A stretch of DNA of 64,000 bases from contig MU058000.1 of the NCBI GenBank assembly GCA_013265495.1, positions 310,001-374,000 on the forward strand. Direction: 5' to 3'. Shown here piece after piece: positions 51,343-63,870 of the stretch. Made by a program: the position numbers and the translations under genes. Numbering within the stretch: position 1 is the stretch's first letter; each line of letters opens with the position of its first letter. The DNA comes from Vicugna vicugna. Its lineage: Eukaryota. A model generated the notes under the pieces. That model did no database searches. It was not told the DNA's origin and saw only the letters and a list, made by a program, of their open reading frames with translations.

Positions 51343-51554
51343 CAGGATGTAACGAACATTTTCTGTAAAGGATCAGATAGAAAATATTTCAACTATATGA
51401 TCTCTGTCACAACTACTCATCTCTGCTACTGTACTGCAAAACTGACGTGGACAGTGAATAAATGAATGGGCATCGTTGTATCCCAATAAAATGTCTTTAC
51501 AAAACCAGGAGGCAGTCTGGACTTGGCCCATGGGCCATACTTTGCCTATCCATG
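51343..51554 (+). mobile_element. MER58A-like hAT-Charlie MITE (inside an L2 remnant)
   Basis: aacattttctgtaaaggatcagatag...tctctgtcacaactactcatctctgc...taaatgaatgggcat...ccaataaaa...ttggcccatgggccatactttgcc. Confidence 0.88.
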
Positions 51555-51589
51555 ATAGGTCTCCAACCTGAAAATATGCACATTTTATG

Positions 51590-51935
51590 TGTAATTGTAT
51601 TTATTAACTTGATAAGTATACATATTAATATTATATATTTTATGTTATAAATGTATATGTGTACATGCATGTACATATAATCTATATAGCTCCATTGTAT
51701 ATATCTATCTATAGACATGTTTCGTGATACAGATAACACTACTGTACACATATGTATATATACATTAACATTTGTATAAATATATATTATATACAATGTG
51801 AAGATAATGCATATGAATACGCGTATAAACACATATACATGTATGTCTGTTTATGAAACACATATTTGCCATGGAGACATAATATATTTATAAGAATTTA
51901 TAAATATTGAACATAAAATATAAATAGTGTTATAA
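51590..51935. repeat. AT-rich (TA/CA/TG) low-complexity tract
   Basis: Degenerate tatatacacatatgtatata-type repeats. Confidence 0.85.
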
Positions 51936-52014
51936 ACACTTTCCTCCCACACCCAGAGGACTATCTCATATGCTCCGTTTTAAAGAACTCTTGCTACAGT
52001 GATGGATCAGAACA

Positions 52015-52240
52015 GGACAGCAGTTAAGAGTTCAAGTTTGGGGAGAAAGAAGATTTGGTCTGGTACTTCCCAATGTGATCTTAAGTAATGATCTCAATCT
52101 TTTTGTTCTTCAGTCTTTTTTTAAATCATTAAAATGGAAATAAGAATAGCACCCTCCTCGTAGAATAGTTTTAAGAACTAAAGAGGACAGTGTAAACTGA
52201 ACAGTAGAATGCCCTGCACGTAGTAAGAACTTAATAAATT
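52015..52240 (+). mobile_element. MIR
   Basis: cagttaagagttcaag...tgtgatcttaagtaa...ttaaaatggaaataagaatagcaccctcctcgtagaatagttttaaga. Confidence 0.7.
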
Positions 52241-53441
52241 ACGAGAGTTTTTAATCAAGAGAGTAACATATTGGGTTTGTGTCTTAGATGGCTCCCTTTG
52301 GTGGCAGTATAGAAGACAGACTACAGACAAACTACAATACGACAAGTTAAGAGGGTAATACAAACGAGATGAAGCATGCCTAAACTGGGCTAATGGGAAT
52401 AAGAAAGAAGCAACTTCAAGAGATATCAATATGTACAAATAGAATAGAGAGTAATAACATGGAGGGGAGAAGAAGTAAGTTTGGATGTTCTTTGTATTTT
52501 AGGCGTATTCAGATAAAGAGTGATGTGGTCAACTGAGATAAGAAATTAAAACAGGTTTTCAGGAAAGGTTGAAATCAGTTGTAAATCGGTTGACTGAGCA
52601 TTCCAGAACAGCATATAGAGATGCCTAATGAGCAACTCCATCTGGAAGGGTGAAGGTTAGGAGAGTGAGTGGAGCTGGGTTTCGGGATCATCATTTTAAG
52701 TGATAGCTAAGGCATGAAACTTACATGAACTTAATGCGCATGCAAATATATTAGAATATGTATGTCAAAATTTGCCTCCAGTGGCAATTTTCTGCCAATG
52801 AGGAAATTCTAACTTAGGCAACACATTGAGTTACGTGTGAGGTAATCTGTAACATAAAATATGTAGAAGAGTTTCTACAATAATTTAGGCATCTAAGTAA
52901 AAAGTCTCAATATTGAAATGATTTACAGAACAATCTGAAATAGTTTGTTAGAATCATTATAAAATCTCAATTATCACCATTTCTATTAAACACAAACATT
53001 TAAAAAGAAATAAACCCAGGAGTCATTAAATTTCACAACATTAATCAACTGAAAAGGCATTCTAATAGTTCTCAAACAAAAAGCCTTCCTAACTCATATA
53101 AGAAAAAGTCATTCATATGGTTCATGACCACTTCTGCAATGTGATTTATTTTTGTCGTCAATCTCCAGGTAACAAAAGAGATAGAATCTTAATTTTAATT
53201 GTTTGTACATACTGAAAATTAGATAAGAGAAAGTGAAAAACATAGGGGCATTTCCAATTTAAGTACAAGGACAAGTATATACACACACACACGTACATTT
53301 AGGCGCAGAAACAGGAAGCTAAAAAAAAAACACTAAGGCTTTGCTGGCTCTTCCTAAGAGAAAGCCTCATGAAATAAGCAGGTCTGACAACTGAAATGCG
53401 CTTAAAAATCAAGCAAAGAAGATATTAAAATTGGATGTTAA

Positions 53442-55325
53442 TATCAGCAACAAGTGAAACTGGAAATTAAAGACACAAATACCATTTATGTTACCATCAA
53501 AAAGAATGAAACACTTACGAATAAATCTAACAGTATCTGCATACTGAAAACTACAAAACTGATGAAAGAAATCAAAGATAAAATAAATGGAGAGATATTG
53601 TATGTTCATGGACAGGAAGACTCAACACTGTCAAAATGTCAGTTCTTCTCAACATTGTCAGTAGATTCAACGTAATCCCAATCAAAATTCCAGCACGTTA
53701 TTTTATGTATACTGACAACCTAATTCTAAAGTTACTTGGAATGGCAAAGAATCCAGAACAGCTGACGCAATACTGAAGGAGAAGAAAAAAGTTGGGAGAC
53801 TGACACAATCCAACAAAACAGTGTGAGACTGGCCAAAACATATATATAGACAAATAGGTCAATGCGACAGAATAGAGTCCAGAAGTAGGCCCACATAAAA
53901 ATAGTCAGCCTATCTTGGACAAAGGAGCAAAGGCAATACAATGAAGAAAAGATAGTTTTATCAACAGTGTTGGGACAACTGGACACTCATATGCAAAAAA
54001 ATGAATCTAGAAACAGATCTTATAACTGTCACAAAAATTAATTCAAAATGGACTATAGATCTAAATGCAAAATGAAAAATTATAAAACTCCTACAACATG
54101 AGAAGAAAATAGTCTGAGGTTTGATGATGACTTTTTAGATATAACACCAAAGTCACAATACATGAAGGAAAGAATTGATAAGACGGATTTTGTTAAAATT
54201 AAAAACTTCAGCTCTGCAAAAGACATTGTCAAGAGAATGAAAACACAAGCCACAGACAGTGAGAAATTATTTGCAAGGACATATCTGGTAAAGGACTGAT
54301 AGCCAAAAGATAGAAAGGACTCTTAAAATTCAACAAGAAAAAAACAATCATAATAAAAAATGGGCCAAAGACCTTAATGAATATCTCACCAAAATAAGAT
54401 ACATAGATAGCAAATAATCATATGAACAGATCCTACACATCATATGTTATCAGGGAAAGGCAAATGAAAGCAGTAAGATACCACTACAAACCTACCTGAA
54501 TGGCCAAAATCCAGAACACTGACAACAGCAAATGCTGACAAGGATGTAGAGCAGGAACTCTTATTTATTGATGGTGGAGTGAAAAATGATACAGCCATTT
54601 TGGAAGACAGTTTGGAAGATTCTCACAAAACTAAACATACTCCTACTGTATGATCCAGCAATCACAGTCTTTGTATTTACTCGAAAGAGATGAAAACTTA
54701 TGTCCACACAAAAATCTGCACACCAATGTTTAGCTTATAGAAGCTTTATTCATAATTGCCAAAACTTGAAATCAACCAAGACTGGCTTCAGTGGGTGAAT
54801 GGATAAATAACTGTGGTACATCTAAACAATGAAATATTTTGCAGAGCTTTGAAACAAAAAAAAGCTACCAAGCCATGAAAAGACATGGAAGAATTTTAAA
54901 GGCATACTGCTAAGTGAAAGAAGCCAATATATTAGATTCTGGAAAAGGCAAAACTAGAGATATATAAAAAGATCAATTTTTGCCAGAGTTCGGGTGGAGA
55001 GAGGGATGAATAGTGAAGCACAGAGAATTTTTAGGGCAGTGAAAATACTCTATGATACTATAATGGTGGATACATGTCATTATATATTTGTGCAATCCTA
55101 TAGAACACACAACACTAAGAGTAAATCCTAATGTAGAATATGAACTTTGGATGATAATGATGTGTTAATGTAGGTTCATCAGTTGTAACAAATATTCCAC
55201 TCTGGTGAGGATGTTGACAGAGGGGGAAGCTGTGCATGTGTAGAAGCTGGGGATATATGGGAAATCTCTGTACCTTCCACTCAATACCGTTGTAAACATG
55301 AAATTTAAAAATTAAGTACTTTCAA
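53442..55325 (+). mobile_element. 5'-truncated LINE-1 (L1MC1-like; ORF2 3' part and 3' UTR)
   Basis: Decayed ORF2 sequence (aactacaaaactgatgaaagaaatcaaag, ttggacaaaggagcaaaggcaatacaatg); 3' end gggatatatgggaaatctctgtaccttccactcaa; TSD aaaattggatgttaa (53427-53441) / aaaattggatgctaa (55326-55340). Confidence 0.92.
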
Positions 55326-55480
55326 AAAATTGGATGCTAAATTATGATTAACTTAGAAAACCTTGTAGTAGATCAAGAAATAGGATGAAAAGAACATAGC
55401 ATAAGGAATGCAATTCTGAAAATAGCAATTATTTAAGAAAGATCAAAAGAGCCCCACATATTTACAAATCAGAATTATAC

Positions 55481-55610
55481 CTCTCCTAAACCTCCAGTCA
55501 TCTCCTTGTTCATCCTGATGGTTTGATTGTTGCTTGGAAATCTGAGATACTTGTTGTAAACCCTTTTGATCGCCTTCTGCTTTCATAAGTTGTGTTCGGA
55601 GTTCTTCTAC
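55481..55610 (-). CDS. CEP128: CEP128 internal coding exon (130 nt, phase 0-1), VEELRTQLMKAEGDQKGLQQVSQISKQQSNHQDEQGDDWRFRR(G)
   Basis: atgtatttag|GTAGAA...AGGAGAG|gtataa; 43 codons plus 1 nt, completed by the GG at the start of the next exon. Confidence 0.94.
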
Positions 55611-57201
55611 CTAAATACATATGGTCAAAAATGAAACTTCTATCAGTTTTAAAAGCTGAAAAAAAAAGCTGAACTTAAAAACTACTAGAAGTTATTTTCC
55701 TAGGGGAAAAAATTTACTTCTAATGGGCTATTGTGAACACAAGTTGAAGCCAGGTTAACCTTCTTGTTATGCCAAGCACAGTGGAACAGTCTCTTGCTCC
55801 ATTTCTTTATTCCTCCCATTCGTTCCACAAACAATGAATGTGTTCTCCTCCTTCTCTGTGTCTACTGTGACAAAGAATTTGACCACATTTATTTAAAAGT
55901 CCCTTATTTTGACTTCCGTCCACTTTACTATTATTAACCCAAACCACCTTCAATTAAATACTGTATGTTTTAAATTCTTCCCTTATTTTCTTTCATGTAA
56001 AAATAGTCTATTGATTGGTAAACTCAAGTGAAATGATCACAATTTAGCATATTTTGATATCAAAGTACTGCTCAAAATAAATGCAATAAATGCTGTTGAA
56101 TAAACCATAAACTCCTTGAGGTCAGGTACTATTTTATTTATCTTTCTATTTCTGGAGACCAGCAAATTGTCTACCACATAGCAGGCATGTCCCCAATGAC
56201 GATGAAACAAATTGGCAGTGGCAGAAAGACTCAGCTTAACTCACAATGATAACCAGAATATAGAAATCTCTTATTTCAAAAGATAAGGTTAGAAATTATA
56301 AGGCAGAGTTCTCCAAAAAAAAAAAAATCAGAAGGAATTGAATACAAATATAAACTTCTAAAAAGAAAGTCTAAAATTTGCCAACATTAATTCCATTGGA
56401 TCACTGACTACAGAATAAAGCCACGTAAAACAGGTGCTATGGTGTATTTTCAGTGCTAATTGTCAAAACATAATACTCCTGAACATTTATGATGCCTGAC
56501 ATCTTGCCTACCTAGCATATTACATAGTGATTTATGTAACCCATACCTCAAAACACAGTTAGATACAATTGCAATTTATATTAAACGTAGGCAGAAAGGC
56601 AGTTAGAAACCCACATGCCCTTATCTAAAGTGTGTAAGATGGCTATTTCAAGATATTGAACTTTAAATATCAGAAGCACCAAACTCCCATTATGGGCCAA
56701 TGGGCTGCAAAATGTTATGCTTTAAAATTAAGCCTTATCACTGGTTAAAAGGAGGCAGGTAGCATCTACAAAACGTGAATATCAGACAATGATGCATTCA
56801 AAGTAACCTGAACATGCAGGAGTCTGTTTTATGTATTTTACTTCCGCCGTCACTCTCCAAATACCTCCTTGAATAAAATTAAGCTCCTGGGAAAATTTTA
56901 TCTTACACATCCAGTCTCATTTTTATACTGGTTATGCTGAGAGAGAATTCCCAAGTTAAAGCAGCAATCAGCAAGATACACTGTTACAGTGGGAACGTGG
57001 GCTAGTGTTCCGTGTTAGCTTTTTCTGAAACTTCCTGAAAGGATTTCATCTTTTGCTTATGTGTGCTACTATACATTCCCTAGGAAAACATTTTTCTAGA
57101 CCTAGGGTTTTTTTCTCCCTTTCACAAAGACATTTAATAGGGAAGGAGATTCAATTCTGATTTAATTTAAAAGCAGATTATCATAGTTTGCATGGACTTA
57201 C

Positions 57202-57276
57202 CTGATGCAAAAGTGTTTCTCTGCTGCCTTCTGACTGATTCAATAACTTTCGAGATAGCTCCAATTCCTGTTCAAG
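57202..57276 (-). CDS. CEP128: CEP128 internal coding exon (75 nt, phase 0-0), LEQELELSRKLLNQSEGSRETLLHQ
   Basis: gaaattctag|CTTGAA...CATCAG|gtaagt; 25 open codons matching the recalled CEP128 sequence. Confidence 0.94.
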
Positions 57277-57941
57277 CTAGAATTTCAACCAAGGATAAAG
57301 AAAAATGTCCAATGGGACAGAAGATAACTAAATTATTACAGGCACAGTTTAAGAGAGAAAAGTGGGAAATTTTTCAGATTTTTACAGCTAGTATAAAAGG
57401 ATAAATATCTTATTATAAACATCTATCAATGCTTCAATTAAAATAATGGTAATTGAATAACAAAAAGTGAACCAGACCAGACCTTAAGAGGTCTGGGCTC
57501 TAGTCAGTTCCATCTCAGTTATGACCCTGTTTAAATCTCTTTTCCTTGGGTCTCCTTTCTGTTACTTCTAAAATAAGGATTTTATATTAGACAACTTCTG
57601 ATATCCCTTCAGTTCTAAATCATTTTAATGTAAATTCTAAAGCAATTTTTTCTTTAAACTGCTACAGGTAGTATCAGATGAACTCAATTTCAAGGACACA
57701 ATGACTCAAAGTGTATTTCATCCAGTTGGTGATTTTTGTATATTCTTAATAGTCTTATATTCCTAATATTTCCAATATTTATAACATTTCTAAAATTTGT
57801 AAATATCTAAATTCAGAATAAGACTTAAAACTTCCTTATTAATACTGCCATTAGATAAATATTCAGAGAAAATGTGCTGTTATGGTAACTAAAACCAAAG
57901 TCTGAATGTGCCTAGCTTACTTCAAGTTGATAAATAGGATA

Positions 57942-58430
57942 TGAAGCAGAGCAGAACATGCTACCCCAGAATATGCCTCTTTGGCATAAGTATTATTCTG
58001 AGCTGAAGGCGATCAAAACCCAGCAGACTCAGGAAAAGCTTTTTACCTTCCCCTTAACTGCATAAAAAAATTTAGAAAGGGGGTCTGGGTCTGTACCAGA
58101 AAGAGGGCCATTACCAAAGATAACTTTCTATGTGTGAAAGACTTATCTGCATGACAGGGTAAATATTTGTTTACCAAACATATGCTCTTCTCATCTTCCT
58201 GTGAACTGTCTCCTCCCCCTTTGAAGCCGCAGGCCCTTCTTTCCATGGCTCAGGATGGTAGATAAGCCTCAACTGCCTGGCTGTCTCTGAGTCTCATATT
58301 TCTACGGGGCTCCCATATATACAAAATTAAATTTGTTTTTCTTCTGTTAATCTGTCTTATATCAATTTAATTACTAGATCATTCAAAGAACCTAGAAGGG
58401 TAGAGGGAAAATTATTTTTGTTCCCCTACA
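57942..58430 (+). mobile_element. ERV1 solo LTR (MER34A-like)
   Basis: TG...CA ends (tgaagcagagcagaacatgctaccccagaatatgcctctttggcataag...ttcccctaca); near-TSD gata/gatg. Confidence 0.88.
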
Positions 58431-58858
58431 GATGGGACACTTGTTTGTTAAAAATCCAGAGCTTACATATACTGGAATGTTTGTATTTTCTAAGACTAAG
58501 GTTGTTTTGTGAAATCAAATTTGTAATAAGATATTATTCATCAGATACTTATACTCATGAGACAAAATTGCATAGACATACACACACAGACACTCAACAC
58601 ACAAACGAGTGAACATAAAGCTGTTGAAATGTACACAAGTTCTGTGCACTAGAAACGTGTCAATTTCCAGATTTTGATATTGGATGGCAATTATACATAA
58701 TGTTATCATTGAGAAAAATTAGGTGAATGGCACATGGTACATTTTGCTTTGTAATACCTTATGAATCTATTATTTCAAAACAATTTTAATTCAGTTACAT
58801 AATTTTTAAAAACCACACATGCCGATCATAAAATAAATACCACGTATTTTTAAAAGTA

Positions 58859-59078
58859 GAGTTGACCTTGAACAACACAGATTTGAACTGCGCAGGTTCC
58901 CTTATACATGAACTTTTTTCAATAGTAAATACTGCAGTACTACAGGACCTACAGCTGGTTGAATTCCTGGATACGGAACTGTGGCTACAGAGAAACTGCA
59001 AATACAGAGGGCTGACTGTATGTTACATATGAGTTTCTGACTGCACAGAACAAGCCCTTATTGTTCAAAGGTCAACTG
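58859..59078 (+). mobile_element. Tigger2a/MER28-like MITE
   Basis: TA-flanked; (g)agttgaccttgaacaacacagatttgaactgcgcagg...ttgttcaaaggtcaactg. Confidence 0.88.
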
Positions 59079-59957
59079 TAAAATATATGTGAAATCAGAG
59101 AATCCACACAAAATATTATCCAACCTGTTCTCTGGTTTCTGTAGAGAAATAAGGAGGGAAGAAATCGCTCCAAAGTCAAAATGGTTTCAAAATCTACCAA
59201 GTCCCACATTGGGCATGATCCCTAGGTAGCATCAGCAGTCTCAGCTTCCAAAGGGCAAATGTGATGACCTGACATACCTTGCTCACCATGAAAGCAGTGT
59301 GTATGTACACTTAACTTTACATAAGTTGGTGAAATAAAATTTAAAAGTTAATGGTACATAGAAAAGGCAATATTGAGTAAAGAGCATTATATCAGAAGCA
59401 AATTTTTCACCTTATCATTCCTATCTTGGGCTCATCCTTAAATCTACTCGTTTGCAAACAGGAGAGAGTTGCTTGGCCTCTGAATTGCTCTCTAGCTCCA
59501 AAGTGCGAGGCTTTATAGGTTCGCGGACATGAATATTTGTCAAAGGTCCTTAATGTTTAATAAGAACAGAGGATTTTTCCAAACTAGGCTGCTACCTATG
59601 CTTATCTTCTATAATGAGAACAAATATATGCAAAATACCCTGCCTTCAAACAACAGGTCTTTCCGAACCCTAAAGCAAAGTCAAGCTCTTTAAATGTTCT
59701 CCAGAAAGGAATGGTCAAGTTCAGTTTGCCTCTAGAAAAGGAGAGGGGACAGAAGACAAGGTAGCAAACGACCTATGTATGTTTCTGAGAACAAGTAGCA
59801 GAGAGTGGCACAGCCCTCAAGCCAAGTGACTCAACATCAAAACAAAGGCTCCACTGTGTTCTAGCAAATGATCTTAGGGACATTTTTCAAGGCATTCAAT
59901 AAATATTACTGGCCCCAGACAGCATTACTCTTTGAAAGATAATTTTCAAAATCTTAC

Positions 59958-60044
59958 TTTACTCTTCTCAGTTTCAGTTTGTCTTAGCTTATTTTTCATT
60001 TCTCCCTCATTCCCGCCTGCTTTAGCTTCTTGTTTCTTCAATGC
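59958..60044 (-). CDS. CEP128: CEP128 internal coding exon (87 nt, phase 0-0), ALKKQEAKAGGNEGEMKNKLRQTETEKSK
   Basis: Minus strand ctctttccttctag|GCATTG...AGTAAA|gtaaga; 29 open codons; resembles recalled CEP128 ALKKQEAKA...KNKLRQTETEK; joins in frame to the next exon. Confidence 0.93.
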
Positions 60045-61264
60045 CTAGAAGGAAAGAGGTGGGAAAATAAGTATTATTCCAAAATACATATAAAACTGAA
60101 AGATATTAATAGGATCTATTAAGAAAGGGCTGAGGAAGATGATTATGAGTTGTACAAAACATACAACAGAATTACAACCTGCTTATTTACTGAAGCCCTG
60201 AGATCATCTCACTGATGATCAAATATAAACAGCTTTCTGATTTTCCTAATTAATTTCCCTTAGTTTGACTTTTTCCCATCTTTGGGAATTTTGAAACACA
60301 TTTAGAGAGCTTAGACAGCTAAGTTTTCTTGGAAACAAAAATTTTACTGCCTGCTGAAATAATAGTATTTAAAGGTTACATTATCTACTCAACTATTTAG
60401 ACATAATACCAAAAACTAGTTCATCAGCTTTTCAAATCCTAAAAAAAAATCTCATCAAGGTAGAAAGATGCTTGTTGTATCATTATTACATACATGACAT
60501 TTTATCACAACATATAATTGGCTCTTCAAACCATATTTCACATAGAGCAAAGAAAACATTCTTTTCCACATTTTTCTCTTTCATAAAGTGGAAAAGAGAA
60601 CTTTAATATAAATTTCAAAAGTTAACCACAAAAGTGTTTGTTTTGGTTTGTTTCTATGTTAAAACAAAATTAAACTTCATGAAAAAAATTGTACTTGGAG
60701 CAATCTTTTATAACATCTAAAAGGCATTCCATTTGTTTAAAACATTTTTTGACAATTTTAGCATTTAGACTTAAAAAGATGTATGTGTAGAGGCCATCCA
60801 AACAGAAAAGCCAAACTTCCAGAAGTTTTATGATGCTCAGAAAAACTATTGTTAGGCAAACAGCAAAACATGTTAAAATTGTTTTGATGCAAGTATAATC
60901 AATCATATCCCAATTTCATTAACTCATATATTCAGCAAATATCTCCAAAGTGTAGTTACCATGTGCCAGGCACTGTGCTATGGGCTACTAGTATAAGTAT
61001 ACATAAAATAACCATGCCCCTCATCCATGAGATTACAGCTCCCTCTGTCTGGCTCCTACTCTACTAATAAAAAACAACTGAGTAAAAAGGCAGAGACATC
61101 ATCAAAATAAAAGTTTTGTTTTGAGTATAATATAAAAGCACTGTTACAGTATTTTCTATAAAACATTGTCCAGGGATGATTCTTCTTATATATATTAAAT
61201 ACATTACATATATTGAATATACACATTTAATCTTTATGTTAATTCCATGAGTTATTAAGCTAAT

Positions 61265-61390
61265 TTTATTAAGAGAGAAGTTGGGGTACAAGGAGTTGAG
61301 TAACTTGCCCAAAGTCATTCCCCTCATTCATGACAGAGACAGGACACAGACTCAGGCTGACTGCTTCTTAACCACTGAATGGTATTGCCT
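61265..61390 (-). mobile_element. MIR fragment
   Basis: gttgagtaacttgcccaaagtca...gctttcttaaccactg. Confidence 0.65.
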
Positions 61391-63135
61391 CTCTATGTTG
61401 AAATAATAATATCAAGATTATAGGCTGGATATGAAGACTAAATAATTTGATACTTGTAAAGCATTAAAATGTACAATAAAAGACAACCATTATGATTACT
61501 AAATGGTTAACAATTGATAGAGTATGACAAATCATAATGCTGTTCAGGTAACTGCCAAATAATTTTGATGTCTGATATATGTTCTTCATTGTAGGGTAAG
61601 TGGAATTTGTAATAATATTATGTATGTATCATCTATTCAATTTTGGCAGATGGAATGTGTTTATAAATTTTTCCTGAACAAAGTTATCCTAGAAACTTGA
61701 AAATTACTGTTGGCATCCTTTTCTTTCCCTGCTTCTTCAGTCTAACCCACGTAATGTAATAGGGGCAAGGGGAGGGAGAAGGGAGGGAGAAATACAAAGA
61801 AAAAAGATATGAATTGTTGCTGTATTTTTAATCAATTCATTTTATAATATTTGAACTATCTTATTCTTCAACATCATCATTCTAATCTAGTGCCCCTCAT
61901 CTTTTTTTTTAATGAGTTAAACTTAATTGGTTATCTTTTCAGTGTTCTCTTATTGAACTAAAAAACTACCCTGGGTTTTTCTACAGAGGGGAGATTATGA
62001 GGAAGACTTCCTTAGGTAGTTGATAAGGCTCATCAAACTATAAATAGTCAATGTCCTCTTCTGGATTCAAACTCCAAACAGAAGTCACTTCCAATGAGTA
62101 TGCAGTGAAGGCTCACCCAACCCAGGTGATGTCACTTGAGGCCAAAAACAACTTCAAGCAAGACGGGCTTGTCCCAAATATAAGAGCCATTCACTTCCAA
62201 AGCTGAATTCAAAACCTAACCTGGAAGACTCTGCAACTGTCAACCAGTAGTTGCTAAGATCCTTCCAATGTGATCTGGTGCATTTCTTCACGTCCAGATT
62301 GTTTCCTCCTCTGTCCTCTGCTTACTGAGTATAAGAGAAACAGAAGGAGTCACCTGCTAAGCTTTTAAAGCTTGACTTAACTTCATGCTGCATCTCAAAG
62401 AGTTTAACTTACTTAAGAATGTAAACTCCACAAAATATCCAGTGAAGAAAATTTTCCATTTTACTAACTGGAATTAATCCACTTCTGTCTCTTTTTCATG
62501 AGTTCCAAAACTTACATTTTAAAAATCCTACTACATTTTACATCAAAAAAAGAAAAAAAACCCAACCAAGAAAGATATATTAACATTTCCCAAGTGTTTA
62601 CATATTTAACTTTGATTAAATGCATTAAAAATGTTTAACTCATTTATATGCTTATTTTTACTTAGACATCCAAAATAATCCTTGTACATCCAGAGGTTTA
62701 TATTTCCAAAGAGTAATACAAAAGCTTTGGTGTCTCTATGGTGTAAGCTTCAGAAAGCCAGGGACCTCATCTGTCATGATCACATTTTATTTCTAACACA
62801 GTACTTGGCACTTTTTAGGTGGTAAACATAAGGTATTGAATAGATTAATAAATATCCCATTATAATCTCTGAATAACAACTTCATTCTGCAAACGGCCAA
62901 CTCTGTTCATCACAAACATGAAAGTTTTCCAGATTTCCTCCATCCTTCTTAACCACCATATTTTCTCAAGCACTAGGTTGTCTCTCTCTGGGAAAACAAT
63001 TATCATGCTGTAGTGACGTTGGAAAATAAATATTTATTTGGGCATTTAAGTCAAAGAGTTAATAACTCTTTCCTGTTTCACAGTCATCATTTTGGTCTTT
63101 TCTTTAGGAAAAAATCCTCTGAGTGGGCTTAAGTT

Positions 63136-63870
63136 TCTTTTTTTTTTAATTTTGAAATAATTTAAATTTACAGAATGGTCGTAAAGATAGCTCAGAGTTC
63201 CCATAAAGTTTTTGCCTAGCTTTCCCTAAAATCGACATCTTACATAACCACATAGGTTTATGGAAACTTAACACAGTTAAATTACAAAACCGTTAAGCTA
63301 CAGATGTTATTCAACTGTCAAATGCTTTTTGTTCCAAGATCCAATATAGGATACTGCAGAGCAGCTTATCTCTTCAGTCTCCCCTGATCTGTGGAAGTTC
63401 CTTAGTCTTTCCTTGTTTTTATGATGTCAACATTTTTGATGAGATATTTCAGGTAGCTTCAAGTCAGGTATTTTGAAGAAAGTCCCTCAATTTGGGTTTT
63501 TCTGATGTCTTCTCATGATTAGACACAGCTCAGAAAACCAGGACAGAAAACCATAGAGGTAAGTGCCCTTCTCAGCGCATCAGACTGTAGGGTACATAAT
63601 ATCAACATGACTCACGACCAGTGATGTTAAACTTGATCACTTGATTAAGGTAGGGTGGTGTCTGCCAAATTTCCCTACCATAAAGTTAGAATTCTTTCTT
63701 TTTCATACTCTATTTTTAGAAGCAAGTCATTAAATTCAGCCCACACTCAAAGGGAGAAGAATTAAGCTCCAACTACCAGAGGGAGAATATGAAAAAAAAA
63801 AAGTGGAAACATGTTAGAATCACTAATAAACAAGTATGCAAGTGTCCTTAAAGTCTCATCTACCAATTTT
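63136..63870 (-). mobile_element. LINE-1 3' end (L1MC3/L1MC4-like)
   Basis: Poly-T then aattttgaaataatttaaatttacagaa...catcttacataaccac...ttccaagatccaat...aatttgggtttttctgatgtcttctcatgattaga. Confidence 0.82.
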
